DNA from: Sphingomonas sp.
GTDB taxonomy: Bacteria; Pseudomonadota; Alphaproteobacteria; Sphingomonadales; Sphingomonadaceae
Length of the DNA: 60,807 bases
Assembly (NCBI GenBank): GCA_013361785.1
Contig: JABFXK010000040.1
Location: 1 to 60,807, forward strand
Direction: 5' to 3'
Positions 47,190-56,359 of the stretch are shown here, in pieces. The notes under the pieces are model-generated. The model had not been told where the DNA came from. It saw nothing but the letters and a program-made list of their open reading frames with translations, and did no database searches. The position numbers and the translations under genes are program-made. Numbering within the stretch: position 1 is the first letter of the stretch; every line of letters begins with the position of its first letter.

Positions 47190-48089
47190 ATGACCGGACA
47201 TGTCGTTGATCTTGACGCCGCGGTCGAGCGCTGGACGGACGTCCTGCTCGAGCACGGCTATTGCGTGATCCCGGAGCTTTTCCCGCGCGAAACGATCGCG
47301 GCGCTTGACGCGGACCTCGCCGACGACTTTCGCGATACGCCGTTCTGCAAGGGCGGCTTCTACGGAGCGCGCACGAAGAGGTTCGGGCGGCTGCTTGTCC
47401 GTTCACTCCTCGCGCGCGACATCGTCCAGCACCAGCTGATCCTGGGCATCGTGCGCCGGGTGCTGGCGCCCTGGTGCGACACCATCCAGCTGAACCTCAC
47501 CCAAGGTCTCGCGCTCCATCCTGGCGCGCCTCCCCAGCTCACGCACCGCGACCAGGACATGTGGCGCGGAGCGATCGGCGAGACCGAATATCTGGTCAAC
47601 GTGATGTGGCCGTTCACGCGGTACACTCGGGTGAACGGCGCCACCGTGGTCTGGCCCGAGAGCCACGGCAGACGTGCACTGGATCCCCAAGCTCCCACCG
47701 GCGAGTTTGCGGTCGAGCTGGAGCCCGGCTCGGCTTTGCTGTTCCTCGGCTCTACCCTTCACGGCGCAGGCGGCAATTCAAGCGGTGAAGTCCGCCGGGG
47801 AGCGATCGTCAGCTACTGCCTAGGCTGGCTCAAGCCTTACGAAAACCAGTGGCTCGCCTACCCGCCGGATGTGGCGCGCGAGTTCAGCCCGGAGCTTGCG
47901 GCGCTTGTTGGCTATCAGCAACATCGCCCCAACCTCGGCAACTATGAGGGCCAATGCCCGTCGGTCCTCCTGAGGCGCGACGTCCCCCATCGATTTGCGG
48001 CTACGGACGCGCTTCGCCCTGACCAGGAGGAGCTCGTCGCCCAGTTTGTCCGTGAGCAGGACTGGCCGGGTCACGCGGCCGCGGCGTGA
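47190..48089 (+). CDS. Phytanoyl-CoA dioxygenase (PhyH) family Fe/2OG dioxygenase
   Basis: HRDQD facial-triad motif, NGATVVWPESH, LHGAGGN. Confidence 0.87.
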   Translation: MTGHVVDLDAAVERWTDVLLEHGYCVIPELFPRETIAALDADLADDFRDTPFCKGGFYGARTKRFGRLLVRSLLARDIVQHQLILGIVRRVLAPWCDTIQLNLTQGLALHPGAPPQLTHRDQDMWRGAIGETEYLVNVMWPFTRYTRVNGATVVWPESHGRRALDPQAPTGEFAVELEPGSALLFLGSTLHGAGGNSSGEVRRGAIVSYCLGWLKPYENQWLAYPPDVAREFSPELAALVGYQQHRPNLGNYEGQCPSVLLRRDVPHRFAATDALRPDQEELVAQFVREQDWPGHAAAA

Positions 48090-48101
48090 GGACAGCCGCG
48101 A

Positions 48102-48710
48102 ATGACGCCGCCGGGAACCTTCGAGCGCGTCTCTGCGACGATCCGGCAGCGGCTCCGTGATGGCTTCTCCCGCCCCGGCGAACGCCTCGAACCCGCGGTG
48201 CTGGCCGAGGAGCTCAATGCCAGCGTCACACCTGTGCGCGACGCGCTGCATCGGCTGACCGGTGAGCGGCTGGTGGAGGCACCCCGTCACGAAGGCTTTC
48301 GTGTTCCGATGATGAGCGAGACGCTGCTGCGTCTCCTCTATGCCTGGCATCTCGACCTACTGCTGCTTGCGGTGATGAAGCATCAGGCGACCGGCATGGT
48401 CGAAGAGTCGGCCATGATCGATGCGCGCAATGACGGCCCGGTGCACGAGCGCCAGAATGCCTTGTTTCTGGCGCTCGCCCGGTCGGCCGGCAATCCGGAG
48501 CATGTAGCCACCCTCGACGCCTTGAGTCTGCGGCTCGAGCCGGTTCAGCGGCTGGAGCAATTCTTCCTTGATGAAACCGAGAGCGAGACGAATGAGATTG
48601 TTCGGGCATTAGAGGCGAATGACCGCAAGGGCCTCCGGCGCAGCCTCGCCCGCTATCACCGTCGACGACTTCGAATTGTGCCGGAACTGCTCGCAAGGTT
48701 GCTGCACTAG
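48102..48710 (+). CDS. GntR-family regulator
   Basis: PGERL..AVLAEELNASVTPVRDALHRL. Confidence 0.87.
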   Translation: MTPPGTFERVSATIRQRLRDGFSRPGERLEPAVLAEELNASVTPVRDALHRLTGERLVEAPRHEGFRVPMMSETLLRLLYAWHLDLLLLAVMKHQATGMVEESAMIDARNDGPVHERQNALFLALARSAGNPEHVATLDALSLRLEPVQRLEQFFLDETESETNEIVRALEANDRKGLRRSLARYHRRRLRIVPELLARLLH

Positions 48711-48839
48711 ATCGTGCACGCGGACCTGGAACGAGTGCGCCTGAAAACAACCGGCGTATATGCAGCTTATTCGCTTCGTGTTCCTTAAGGCCGACTTTAG
48801 CCTTCCGCGGCTGCATCCCGCAGCCTCAGGAGAATGGCC

Positions 48840-48983
48840 ATGTTAGCCACAAAGCGAGAGCGTGAAGAGCGCTCCGAACTCGTCGAACTCGGAACTGCAA
48901 GCACCGAAACCCAGGGGCTCCCTGTCGGCGACATCATCGAGCCGATGGGCTTCTGGCACAAAGCCGGAATCAGCGACGAGTGA
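48840..48983 (+). CDS. Lasso peptide precursor A1
   Basis: Manual translation MLATKREREERSELVELGTASTETQ|GLPVGDIIEPMGFWHKAGISDE; AGGAG RBS, Thr at -2, Gly1, Glu9. Confidence 0.92.
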   Translation: MLATKREREERSELVELGTASTETQGLPVGDIIEPMGFWHKAGISDE

Positions 48984-48990
48984 AGCGTCT

Positions 48991-49017
48991 GCGGCGCGGC
49001 GTACTGCGCCGCGCCGC
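48991..49017 (+). terminator. GC-rich hairpin after precursor A1
   Basis: GCGGCGCGGCG-N5-CGCCGCGCCGC. Confidence 0.65.
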
Positions 49018-49138
49018 TCCTGCTTTCGGCGGCCATGAGAACATTCGCATAATATAGATCATATAAGCTTCGTACCTCCGCACGCCGGCCATAGTCTTGA
49101 GCTTGCTGCAAGACGTGCAGCGGAAGGAGCAACTTGAC

Positions 49139-49270
49139 ATGGAACGCGAAGACAACAGCAGCGAACTGCTCGAACTCGGCACGGCAAGCACCGAGACTCT
49201 CGGAACGCCGATCGTCGCAAGGCCGGAGGACAACGGCTATTTCCTCGGCCTGGGGCTCTCCGACGAGTGA
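49139..49270 (+). CDS. Lasso peptide precursor A2
   Basis: Manual translation MEREDNSSELLELGTASTETL|GTPIVARPEDNGYFLGLGLSDE; AAGGAG RBS, Thr at -2, Gly1, Glu9. Confidence 0.92.
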   Translation: MEREDNSSELLELGTASTETLGTPIVARPEDNGYFLGLGLSDE

Positions 49271-49278
49271 ACCAGCAG

Positions 49279-49305
49279 GCGCGCGGGGGCGCGACCCCCG
49301 CGCGC
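49279..49305 (+). terminator. GC-rich hairpin between precursor A2 and gene B
   Basis: GCGCGCGGGGG-N5-CCCCCGCGCGC; no U-tract. Confidence 0.6.
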
Positions 49306-49315
49306 ATGCCGAGCC

Positions 49316-49984
49316 ATGCCCTATCTCCAACTTCAGCGTCACGTCAGCTTCGGGATTGTCGAGGACAGACCGGTCTTCCTCGACCTGCGACGGGACCGCT
49401 ATTTCGCGCTGGACGGAACAGCGCGGTCCGCATTTGGCGCCCTATGCCGCGAACCGGACCTTGCGCTGGATTCCCGGAGCGCGGCTCACCTACTCGCGAC
49501 CGGCCTGTTCATGACTGCGGAAAAGCCGACCGAACTTCCTCCGGTGAATATTCTTCCTGCGACAAGAGAGCTGCCAATAGTCTCCGACGGCTCCCTCGCG
49601 CCGCTTGATCTGATCGAGATCGGATGGCTCCTGCAGCGGGCGCATCGCGCGCTCCAGTCCGAGCCGATTGAAAAATTGATCGAAGGTTGCCGGCGAGGAA
49701 CACGGCAACGCTCCGCACGTGCTTCAACGGACAGGATTGTCGCGCTCGCCCAGCGGTTTCGACGGCTTCGCCCTTGGGTGCCGATCAGGCCCTCCTGTTT
49801 GCAGGACTCGCTTGCCCTTCATCACTGGCTGGGGAGACGGGGCTCGTCGGCCGACCTGATCCTCGGTGTCAAGCTCAACCCCTTTGCCGCCCACAGCTGG
49901 CTTCAGTTCGACGGGGTCGTGCTGAACGACACGCCCGAGCGAGTGGCAGCCTTCACGCCGGTTCTGACCGTCCCATGCAACTGA
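49316..49984 (+). CDS. Lasso peptide B protein (RRE plus transglutaminase-like peptidase)
   Basis: VFLDLRRDRYFAL; SCLQDS, GVKLNPFAAHSWLQ, VLND. Confidence 0.92.
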   Translation: MPYLQLQRHVSFGIVEDRPVFLDLRRDRYFALDGTARSAFGALCREPDLALDSRSAAHLLATGLFMTAEKPTELPPVNILPATRELPIVSDGSLAPLDLIEIGWLLQRAHRALQSEPIEKLIEGCRRGTRQRSARASTDRIVALAQRFRRLRPWVPIRPSCLQDSLALHHWLGRRGSSADLILGVKLNPFAAHSWLQFDGVVLNDTPERVAAFTPVLTVPCN

Positions 49985-51699
49985 GCTTTCTCGCCGCGGC
50001 GGGCCCGCTTCCGCTGCGGGAAGAATTAGACAGCCAGCTTCGACACGGGGCAGGCAGTCTCGTTCGGCTCTTCAGGAGCGATAGGCTTTCGCTCTGGGGC
50101 GAGGCCGGCACTCCACTGCTGCACGACGATGATGCGGTGTCCGTAGGGCTGATGTTTGATCGCGCGACCGGCACCAGGCGCACTCGATTGCCGGACGCCA
50201 TCATGCGAGCGGAAGCCATCATCCGCGACTCCTGGGGCGCCTACGTCCTGTTCGACTGCCACGATGCTTCCGGCCACTCGGTGCTGCGCGATCCCTCCGG
50301 TTCGATTCCGGTCTATTATGGAGCAGCGAACGGACTCGATCTCTATGCCAGCGACAGCGAGATGCTCCGGCTCGGCTGGACCGAATCGTTCGAACCCAAC
50401 CTCGATGCAGTCCGTCAGTGGCTGACGCTCCCGTTCCTGCGTACGCGCATGACTGGGACAGTCGGTGTCAGCGAGTTGCTTCCGGGGAGCTTACGGGAGG
50501 TTAGGAACAACAGAGCTCGCGAGCGGCAAATGTGGTCGCCCGGGCGCTTCACCGGAACGCCCGCAGCGGTTCGCAATCTCGCCGAGGCGGCGGACCTGTT
50601 GCGCGAAGAGATCCTGCGCACCGTGCGGCTGCTCGCCGCAGGCGAAAGGGTTGTCTTGCGACTGTCCGGCGGCCTCGATTCGTCCATCGTGGCGGCAGCC
50701 CTTGCGCGCGCCGGAATCGATTTTCGCGCAATCACCTTCGCCACCAACTCTCGGGACGGAGATGAGCGGCGCTTTGCGCGGGAGGTCGCAAGTCACTGCG
50801 GCATCCGTCTTCGGGAATTAGACGAAGGCGCGCTGAATTTCTCGTTTCAACCGGCGACAGATCCCTTGCGTCGTCCTTCCAACCCGATCCTGCAGCCGCT
50901 GCGGCACGCGTTCGCCGCCGCCTCAAGCGAAGAGCGCGGCGCCAGTCTGATCCTTGACGGTGGCGGAGGGGACAATGTCTTCGGATCACTCAATACTGCC
51001 GCGCCGGTCATCGATGCGTTCCTCGCGCGAGGTCTCCGCGAAGCGTTCAGCGCTCTGCGGGACATCGCGGGCCTGCACGGCTGCACTCTGTGGGAGGCAG
51101 GGCGCTCGGCAGCCAGGCGGTGGCGACGGCGCAGTGGCGTAACGTGGCCCGAGGAGCGCTCTTTTCTTCGTGCCCCGGCGGCCGGCGAGCATTTCGACGT
51201 TCACCCGTGGCTTGCGGATGCCCAAGGCGTGCTCCCCGCAAGCGCGGAGCATATTCGGATCATTGCTGGCGCACATCACTTTCTGGAGGACCCGAGGCCG
51301 GGAGAGCCGGTCGGCCTTCATCCGCTGCTGGCACAGCCGGTCGTTGAACTCTGTTTGCGGATACCGTCCTGGTTCTGGGTCTCCGGCGGTCGGGACAGGG
51401 CCGTGGCGAGGGCAGCCTTTCGCGGCCTGGTCTCGAATGCAATCATCGACCGGCGGAGCAAGGGCACGTTGGAGAGCATGTTCCTCAAAGTCTATATGGC
51501 GAAGCGGTCCGAGTTGCGCGAATTGCTGGTTGCCGGCCGCCTCGCTGACGAAGGCATCGTCGATCCCGGCTCGATCAAATCCTATCTGGACCGTGACGAG
51601 CAACCGCGCGACTCCGCCTATATCCGGATCCTTGAGATCGCCTCCGCCGAGCAATGGCTGCGTTCATTCGGCACGCGCGCGAACCTGCCGCTGCCGTAA
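49975..51699 (+). CDS. Lasso cyclase (asparagine synthetase-like C protein)
   Basis: RDPSG, LSGGLDSS, GGGGDNVF, PLLAQPVVE, RAVARAAF, RRSKG. Confidence 0.92.
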   Translation: MQLSFLAAAGPLPLREELDSQLRHGAGSLVRLFRSDRLSLWGEAGTPLLHDDDAVSVGLMFDRATGTRRTRLPDAIMRAEAIIRDSWGAYVLFDCHDASGHSVLRDPSGSIPVYYGAANGLDLYASDSEMLRLGWTESFEPNLDAVRQWLTLPFLRTRMTGTVGVSELLPGSLREVRNNRARERQMWSPGRFTGTPAAVRNLAEAADLLREEILRTVRLLAAGERVVLRLSGGLDSSIVAAALARAGIDFRAITFATNSRDGDERRFAREVASHCGIRLRELDEGALNFSFQPATDPLRRPSNPILQPLRHAFAAASSEERGASLILDGGGGDNVFGSLNTAAPVIDAFLARGLREAFSALRDIAGLHGCTLWEAGRSAARRWRRRSGVTWPEERSFLRAPAAGEHFDVHPWLADAQGVLPASAEHIRIIAGAHHFLEDPRPGEPVGLHPLLAQPVVELCLRIPSWFWVSGGRDRAVARAAFRGLVSNAIIDRRSKGTLESMFLKVYMAKRSELRELLVAGRLADEGIVDPGSIKSYLDRDEQPRDSAYIRILEIASAEQWLRSFGTRANLPLP

Positions 51700-53703
51700 G
51701 GCATTCCAGCGCTCATATTCGGCGGCAAGCGCCGGGTCGGGATTGACATGACCCTGCAGCCAATAACGGAACCAGTCGAGATTGCGGCGGTAAACTGCGA
51801 ACTGGTGCCGGGGCTGGATCTTGATGTGCGCTTCGTCGGGGAATGCATACATCTCGACCGGCGTGCTGGTATTGCTGAGCCTGGCATAAAGCTCGATCGC
51901 CGCACGCATTTCCTGCTCCGGCAGCTGCATCAGGAGCGGCGCCTTGATCCGGTCGACGTTCAGCGCGGGAGAAATGATCTTCCACCGCACTGGGTCCTCA
52001 TCGGGCGACCCGACCTGCTCGAAATCCTTGAGGATACTCGGAACGTCGCGACCCCTTACCGAACTCATCCAGTAATCAGTCGGCTCATATTGCGGCGAAG
52101 CGACCGCTGCCGCGCTGAGCAGATTGCTGTTCATGGCGACCCACATGGTCGCCTCGCTTCCGGCGCTGAAACCGCCCATGCCGACGCGGTGCGGATCGAT
52201 CCAGCCGCGCCGGTCGAGAAGGCGCACGAGGCTCGCCACGCTTGCAAGTGCGGCGCGCTCGCGATCTGTGCCGTCGCCCCAATGCTTAAACGGGACGGTG
52301 TTCAGACAGGCGACGACGAAGCCGGAATCGACGAGCGGAGCAAAGGGATAGGAGTCGCCGACACCGCCGCGCAGGTATCCCGCGCAATAATAGTAGTTGA
52401 CGAACAAGGGAGCGCGCTCAGGCGGTGATCCGGGTGGAAACAACAAGGTGCCGCTAGCGACCCCCCCATCATTGAGCTGGAATGTCAGCTGCTCGACCTG
52501 TGGCTGCGCGCGGAGCCGAAGCTCGGCATTGGGATCGAACAGGATGTCATGCCTGCCGCTGTCGAGCTGAAACCGCTCGAGACGCGGCGGTGATACCGCG
52601 CTCGCAGCAACGCAGATCGCGTTTGAGCGTGTAACGGCGCATGGAACCGAACCGGAGCGCCCGCCGCTCAGCTGGCCATTCGATCGCGCGATCGGTTCCA
52701 CGCGAGTTGCTCCCCGGTTCCAAAGATAGAGGGACTGACGGAAGTGCTCATCCTGGGTCGTGAACAGGAGGTCGGTCGTTCCCGGCCGCCACACCAGCGC
52801 GACAATTCTGTCCTTGCAGGCTGCGGCGTTGCAGCGGATCACAGGCGCGCCGGCTTGCTTGATTTCAAGCAGGGGCTCGTCTTCGCTGCCGCTCGCCTCG
52901 GCCGTCGCGCCGCCGGGAGCAGTGACTCTCAATCCGGCCGGCTTCCAGGACGCGGTGAGCGGTTCAAGCGTGCGCTGCGGAAGCACGTTCGAGGACAGCT
53001 CGCGCGACGACTGGAGATCAACGCGGTGCCGAACTCTGGCGACCCGCCAGAGCAGCCCGCCGTGCTCGTACCATCGGCCGATCAGGCGCTGGCTCGAGAG
53101 CCGGCCATGGACGTAGCCGCCGTGGTAGAGGTTAACGGTGGGATCGACAGTCGCATCGACGAGAATGCCATTGTCATACTCATGGCGCTCGGCGCGCGCG
53201 ATTTGATCCCGGCTAGGGCCCGTCACATAACTGATGGTTCGTCCGTCGGCGGCGAGCTCGAAGCTTTCGACGTCCGAGTCTCCGACGACCACAGGTTTGC
53301 TGCTGGAGCCATCGGCCGCAACCCGCCAAATGCCGATCGCGCCATCGACGTGGGCGCGATGATAGAAGTGGCGCCCGTCAGGGGACCAGACGGGCGCTTC
53401 CGCCTCGATCAATCCGTCATTGTAGATGGGCTCGCCGCCGTCGCCCGCTCGAAAGACCGTGCCGGTTGCGAGATCAGCGACATACCAGATGATCGAATAG
53501 CTGTTGTCGGCAATGGACGCGCGCTGGACTCGGAACGCGAGCTTGCGTCCGTCGGGGGAAGGCGCAAGCGCTTCGATGTCGGCCACCTCGACCAGCTCAC
53601 GAGAGTTCGGGCCGACTCTGGCCGGCGCCGCCGCGGCGACCAAGAACGTGGCTGCGGCGAGCACCATGGTCGCTGAGCGCCATCGCGCGCAGTAGGCCAT
53701 CAC
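51664..53703 (-). CDS. Lasso peptide isopeptidase (AtxE2-like S9 peptidase)
   Basis: Signal peptide, SPDG propeller repeats, GFSAG nucleophile, PLLMQLPEQE, FPDEAHIK. Confidence 0.9.
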   Translation of the reverse strand: MMAYCARWRSATMVLAAATFLVAAAAPARVGPNSRELVEVADIEALAPSPDGRKLAFRVQRASIADNSYSIIWYVADLATGTVFRAGDGGEPIYNDGLIEAEAPVWSPDGRHFYHRAHVDGAIGIWRVAADGSSSKPVVVGDSDVESFELAADGRTISYVTGPSRDQIARAERHEYDNGILVDATVDPTVNLYHGGYVHGRLSSQRLIGRWYEHGGLLWRVARVRHRVDLQSSRELSSNVLPQRTLEPLTASWKPAGLRVTAPGGATAEASGSEDEPLLEIKQAGAPVIRCNAAACKDRIVALVWRPGTTDLLFTTQDEHFRQSLYLWNRGATRVEPIARSNGQLSGGRSGSVPCAVTRSNAICVAASAVSPPRLERFQLDSGRHDILFDPNAELRLRAQPQVEQLTFQLNDGGVASGTLLFPPGSPPERAPLFVNYYYCAGYLRGGVGDSYPFAPLVDSGFVVACLNTVPFKHWGDGTDRERAALASVASLVRLLDRRGWIDPHRVGMGGFSAGSEATMWVAMNSNLLSAAAVASPQYEPTDYWMSSVRGRDVPSILKDFEQVGSPDEDPVRWKIISPALNVDRIKAPLLMQLPEQEMRAAIELYARLSNTSTPVEMYAFPDEAHIKIQPRHQFAVYRRNLDWFRYWLQGHVNPDPALAAEYERWNALRQRQVRARAE

Positions 53704-56285
53704 CAGCTCCTGCGCAGCTGGATCGCAACGAAGCGGCCTCGCGCGGAAGCATTGACCGGGTCGTAGCCGAGTCCCGTCGAGCTCCCCGGATCGGCGGCAA
53801 GCGCAGGCGGGTCGGCGTCAAAGATATTCTCGGCAAAGGCGGATAGCTTGGTGCCCCGCAGCCATCGCGGCGAGTTCGCGCCGAATTGATACGACAGATT
53901 TGCGTCGACCGTCGTCCACGGGCGCACGTGACGAACTTGCACTGCCCGATTGTCGCTATAGCTGCCGGCGTAATTCACGAAGACGCTTCCGTTCCACCCG
54001 GAGCGGCTCCAGCTGAGACCAGCCCGAGCGCGCCAGCTGAGCGGCTCGTAAGGCGTATCGAGCGCATGAATGATGGGGCTAGCGGACGTGAGCTGGTTGT
54101 CGAACTGGATGATGTGATTGAGATTGATGTCCGCCAGGAAGTGGTTCGACCCGAGACTGAATGGGTAGCGAGCAGTGAGGTCGAAGCCCCGCGTCGAGGT
54201 GAACGCCGTGTTCGTCAAGCGGTCATCGAGAACGACATTCACGTCAGCCGGAGTCGCACCGCCGTTACTGAATCCCGGTCCGGTAAAGTCCGAGACGCTC
54301 TGCGCGCCCGCGACAATCTGCGTGAGCGCGGTGACGTCCGGATCGAAGTCGATGATCGGACTGAACGCCGGGTTGCCGATGACGATGACCAAAGGTGCCG
54401 GGAGCGCGATCCGGTTCGAGTAGCGGATCGAATAGTAATTGAATGTGAGCTTCAGCCCTTGCGCAAATTCCGGCGTCCAGTCCGCGCCGAGCGACCAGTT
54501 GCGCGAAGTCTCGGGTTTGACGTCGGGGTTGCTGCCCTGGAGGAAGAGCAAGATGCTTCCCGGAGGCGCCTGCGTCGGATCGATGTAGAAAAAATGCGCC
54601 GGCTCGTAGATCGCATTATATGCTCCGGTGACCTCCGAGAGCAGCGGCGCACGGAAGGAAGTGCTGTACGAGCCGCGCAGCTTGAGTCCTGCGACCGGGG
54701 ACCAGAGCAGTCCGATTTTCGGATCGAAGCTCGACCCGGTGCGCGAATAATGGTCGTATCGGGCTGCTGCGGAGAGCTGAAGCAGTTCAACTCCGGGATG
54801 CCTGTTCGCGTTCGAGAAGATTGGAACGAGAATCTCGCCGTAGGCTGAGGTGACGGTGCGCCGAGCCGCTTTTATGGTTGGACGAAACGTCGAGGATTGG
54901 AACTGGTCCCGATAATCCTCCGACCGCAAGTCGCCACCGAGAGCAAGTCTGATGGCCCCTGCCGGCAGATCGAGGAGCGGGCCATCCAGGTGCAACTCAC
55001 CTTCGACGATGGAATTGCGCACATCGCGCGCATTCACGAGGGGAATGCCGCCGGGCTGCGTCGTGCGCTCATTCGTCTTCGAGAGCGCGTAATTGCCATC
55101 GAGCCGGGCCAGCCAGCCGTGCGGCAGGTTGTAGGACAGTTCACCGGAAACTGTTCCTGCGGTCGCCTTCGCATCGACTCCGACAGGCAATGGCGAAATG
55201 CTCTGGAACAGCGTCCGATCGGTTGTCCGATGCGCGAACGTCGCCGTGATGCCCGCGCGAAGTTCGCGCGCCAACTCCTGTTCGAGCGTCCCTAAAACAC
55301 TGTGCTTGCGCTCCCGCGGAAGGAGATATGTGTCCGGGCGGAGGTTGATCGTGAACGGCCGCCGCGCCGCGCGAATCTCGTCTTCCTGCCGGAACTCATA
55401 GGCGACGAGCGCATGACCGCCTTTCCATGTCCCGCCGGCCGCTTGCGAAAGCAGGTATTCCGTTCCTCCTCCATCGGTGGTGGTCCCTGTCTGCAGAGTG
55501 GTCTCCAGCCCGTCAAAGCGATCGCGGAGCACGAAATTCACGACGCCTCCGACGGCGTCGGAGCCGTAGATCGCCGACGCACCATCGGTGAGAATTTCCA
55601 CGCGCTCGATGGCGCTGATGGGGATCATCGAAACATCGACGAAGGATCCGTGGCTGCTGGGCGCAAGGCGCCGGCCATTGAGCAGCACGAGAGTCGCGCG
55701 CTGCCCCAGACCGCGCAGGTTGATCCCCGCCCCGTGATCGGTCGGATCGGCGTCGGGCAGCGCGACGAGAAAATTCTCCTTGTTCACGCCGCCTTGGCTG
55801 TTTTGCGGAACCGTCCGAATGAGTTCATCGACCGAAGTGGCGCCCGTGCGCTCAATGTCCTTGCGGGTCAGCACAATCACCTGCGAGGTCGGCGGGGCGC
55901 CACGCACATGCGTGCCGGTCACCACGATTTCCTGCCGATCAGTGTCGGGCGCGCCGGCTGCATTGGTCGCGGCCGCAGAAGGGCCGCGCTCGACCACCAA
56001 CGCCCCCTCGACCAACCGATACCGCAAGCCGGTACCCACCAGCAGCCGCGCCACCGCCTCTTCGGCGGTGAAATTGCCGCTGAGTGCCGGTGCCTGGCGG
56101 CTTTGGACCAATTCGTCAGGCGCAATGACATTGCGGCCGGTGCGAAGCGCAACATCCCGCAGTGCCTGCGAGAGCGTTTCCGCAGGCAGGTCGAAGACAA
56201 ACTGATCCTTAGGTTGCGCATTCGCTGCCGTAGCGCTCGCCGCTAAGAGCAATGCCGAGACGGCTGCCGATTGAAGCTTTCGCAC
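53700..56285 (-). CDS. TonB-dependent receptor with N-terminal signalling (STN) domain
   Basis: FDLPAETLSQAL STN, IVVTGTH, LVLLNGRR, GASAIYGSDAVGGVVN, C-terminal Trp. Confidence 0.92.
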   Translation of the reverse strand: MRKLQSAAVSALLLAASATAANAQPKDQFVFDLPAETLSQALRDVALRTGRNVIAPDELVQSRQAPALSGNFTAEEAVARLLVGTGLRYRLVEGALVVERGPSAAATNAAGAPDTDRQEIVVTGTHVRGAPPTSQVIVLTRKDIERTGATSVDELIRTVPQNSQGGVNKENFLVALPDADPTDHGAGINLRGLGQRATLVLLNGRRLAPSSHGSFVDVSMIPISAIERVEILTDGASAIYGSDAVGGVVNFVLRDRFDGLETTLQTGTTTDGGGTEYLLSQAAGGTWKGGHALVAYEFRQEDEIRAARRPFTINLRPDTYLLPRERKHSVLGTLEQELARELRAGITATFAHRTTDRTLFQSISPLPVGVDAKATAGTVSGELSYNLPHGWLARLDGNYALSKTNERTTQPGGIPLVNARDVRNSIVEGELHLDGPLLDLPAGAIRLALGGDLRSEDYRDQFQSSTFRPTIKAARRTVTSAYGEILVPIFSNANRHPGVELLQLSAAARYDHYSRTGSSFDPKIGLLWSPVAGLKLRGSYSTSFRAPLLSEVTGAYNAIYEPAHFFYIDPTQAPPGSILLFLQGSNPDVKPETSRNWSLGADWTPEFAQGLKLTFNYYSIRYSNRIALPAPLVIVIGNPAFSPIIDFDPDVTALTQIVAGAQSVSDFTGPGFSNGGATPADVNVVLDDRLTNTAFTSTRGFDLTARYPFSLGSNHFLADINLNHIIQFDNQLTSASPIIHALDTPYEPLSWRARAGLSWSRSGWNGSVFVNYAGSYSDNRAVQVRHVRPWTTVDANLSYQFGANSPRWLRGTKLSAFAENIFDADPPALAADPGSSTGLGYDPVNASARGRFVAIQLRRSW

Positions 56286-56359
56286 GTCCGTTCTCCCCCT
56301 CCGGCCAAATGGCGGCCTTCAAAGGGAAGAGGCGTCGGCGGGCTGTTTACCCCCCGTTT

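Noticed and set aside
48797-49342. Minus-strand ORFs over the lasso precursor region
   Set aside because: Antisense to two precursors with clear RBS and leader motifs
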